Positions 62,499 through 64,000 of a DNA stretch of 64,000 nt are shown piece after piece. Position 1 is the stretch's first letter; each line of letters opens with the position of its first letter. Both the position numbers and the translations under genes were made by a program. Location: positions 4,528,001-4,592,000 of the forward strand of contig JASTWF010000033.1 of the NCBI GenBank assembly GCA_030390025.1, read 5' to 3'. Below the pieces are notes generated by a model. The model searched no databases. It was not told the DNA's origin and saw only the letters and a list, made by a program, of their open reading frames with translations. The stretch comes from Squalus acanthias. Its lineage: Eukaryota.

Positions 62499-64000
62499 AT
62501 GACCACTATCGACACCACAAACTGCCGGCTCAAAGTGGAGAGAATCGCCAAGAAGATCGCGCATATCGACACCGACATCAAGTATCTACAGAGATGCAAG
62601 AAAGCAGACAAGATCCCGAAAGGACTACAGATCACGAACCCACTCAAGTCGACATACAACACAGACTACGCTGAGAGACTCTGCCGTCGTACCTCTCGCA
62701 CACTCCTTAACCATCTCGTACACCAGCTCTACAGCAAACGCCACAACCTCGAAACCAAGATAGAGTCCATGCTCTCAGCCTGTGCTCAGAACACAGCAGA
62801 CCAGTTACGAGACACCGCCAAACAGTCGAGGCAATGGAACTACGCTGCCTATATGCGCATCAAGAACAGGAAGCTTGAGAAACTCGGCATCACCACCAGC
62901 AGCAACCAAGCCTCCCCCGGTACCACGGCTGCAACCAAAGGGAAGTCCATCGTCAATTTGTCCGACCATACCCTTCAACCAGACGAAATCGAAGTTCTCG
63001 CCCTAGGGCTCAAGTTCTGCCCAACCACCAAAATGGACCCCATTGGTCTCGCGGCAGACACGGAGAAATTCATCAGGAGAATGAGGCTCCGGGAATACTT
63101 CCACAAATCCCAAGATGTCAGCAACAAACCCAATGAGACAATCAATGATCCAGAACAGCAGACAGAGGGACTCGCAGTGCAGCAACCGAAGAAAAAAGAG
63201 TCAAACTGGACCCCTCCGGAGGGTCGATGCCCCAAGCTTGACATGTATGCTCAAGCTGTCAGGAGATGCATCAACGCCAGATTCATCAGCCGCACTCACA
63301 AGACAGTCCAGAATGTCACCCGAGTACAACGCAACGCCATCCACGCTCTCAAGACCAACCGCAACATTGTCATCAAACCAGCGGACAAAGGAGGAGCCAT
63401 CGTCATACAGAACAGAATGGACTATTGTAAAGAAGCAAACCGACAACTGGACAACCTGGAACACTACAGACAGCTACCCGCAGATCCGACCAAAGAACAC
63501 ACCCGCCAACTCAATAGACTGATCAAGACCTTCGATCCAGACCTTCAAAACATCCTACGCGCTCTCATCCCACGTACTCCCCACGTGGGAGACTTCTACT
63601 GCCTCCCAAAGATACACAAAGCCAACACACCCGGACGTCCTATCGTATCAGGCAATGAAACCCTGTGTGAGAACCTCTCTGGATATGTCGAGGGCATTCT
63701 GAAACCCATCGTACAGGGAACCCCCAGCTTCTGTCGTGACACTACAGACTTCTTACAGAAACTCAGCACCCACGGACCAGTTGAACCAGGAACACTCCTC
63801 GCCACGATGGACGTATCGGCACTCTACACCAGTATCCCCCACGATGACGGCATCGCTGCGACAGCCTCAGTACTCAACACCAACAACAGCCAATCTCCAG
63901 ACGCCATCCTACAACTCATCCGCTTCATCCTTGACCACAGTGTCTTCACCTTCGACAACCATTTTTTTACCCAAACACACGGAACAGCCATGGGGACCAA
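62499..64000 (+). CDS. Penelope-like reverse transcriptase ORF (open to window end)
   Basis: Manual translation, ~500 codons with no stop: IVNLS..LGLKFCP, IKPADKG, YCLPKIHK..PGRPIVS, MDVSALYTSIP, QTHGTAMG. Confidence 0.92.
   Translation, partial: MTTIDTTNCRLKVERIAKKIAHIDTDIKYLQRCKKADKIPKGLQITNPLKSTYNTDYAERLCRRTSRTLLNHLVHQLYSKRHNLETKIESMLSACAQNTADQLRDTAKQSRQWNYAAYMRIKNRKLEKLGITTSSNQASPGTTAATKGKSIVNLSDHTLQPDEIEVLALGLKFCPTTKMDPIGLAADTEKFIRRMRLREYFHKSQDVSNKPNETINDPEQQTEGLAVQQPKKKESNWTPPEGRCPKLDMYAQAVRRCINARFISRTHKTVQNVTRVQRNAIHALKTNRNIVIKPADKGGAIVIQNRMDYCKEANRQLDNLEHYRQLPADPTKEHTRQLNRLIKTFDPDLQNILRALIPRTPHVGDFYCLPKIHKANTPGRPIVSGNETLCENLSGYVEGILKPIVQGTPSFCRDTTDFLQKLSTHGPVEPGTLLATMDVSALYTSIPHDDGIAATASVLNTNNSQSPDAILQLIRFILDHSVFTFDNHFFTQTHGTAMGT

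Larger units (their letters stand above)
60961..64000 (+). mobile_element. Penelope-like element: inverted pLTR, upstream partial tandem unit (GIY-YIG end plus pLTR), main ORF
   Basis: 60961-61872 (minus the MITE) is rc of ~62290-62455; 61876-62063 encodes PVGEHFSS..EQKLIAKF..GLNRD. Confidence 0.92.

Overview
This is eukaryotic, repeat-dominated vertebrate genomic DNA, most likely from a cartilaginous fish (inferred from the CR1/Penelope/MITE families and the GPR139-like receptor). There is one host gene: a two-exon class A GPCR (exon 1 12832-12898, ~15.6 kb intron, exon 2 28460-29418). The most notable object is a ~12.2 kb endogenous retrovirus-like element (44936-57178). It has ~1 kb LTRs, an 18-nt tRNA-Arg PBS, an open gag joined in frame to pol through a UGA-CUAG readthrough-type stop, a retrovirus-type RT, tether plus second RNase H, and integrase. 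Its degraded env carries an Ig-like domain ahead of a fusion-protein-like part (lokiretrovirus-like, by inference). A second, diverged relative (env remnant with furin site, PPT, LTR) lies at 480-3248 and is not shown by the ORF track. The rest is many CR1 LINE copies, an L2-like fragment, Penelope-like elements with hammerhead motifs (one ORF is open to the window end), 3-bp-TSD MITEs, six minisatellite families and two local duplications. All calls come from reading the sequence by eye; no database searches were run.
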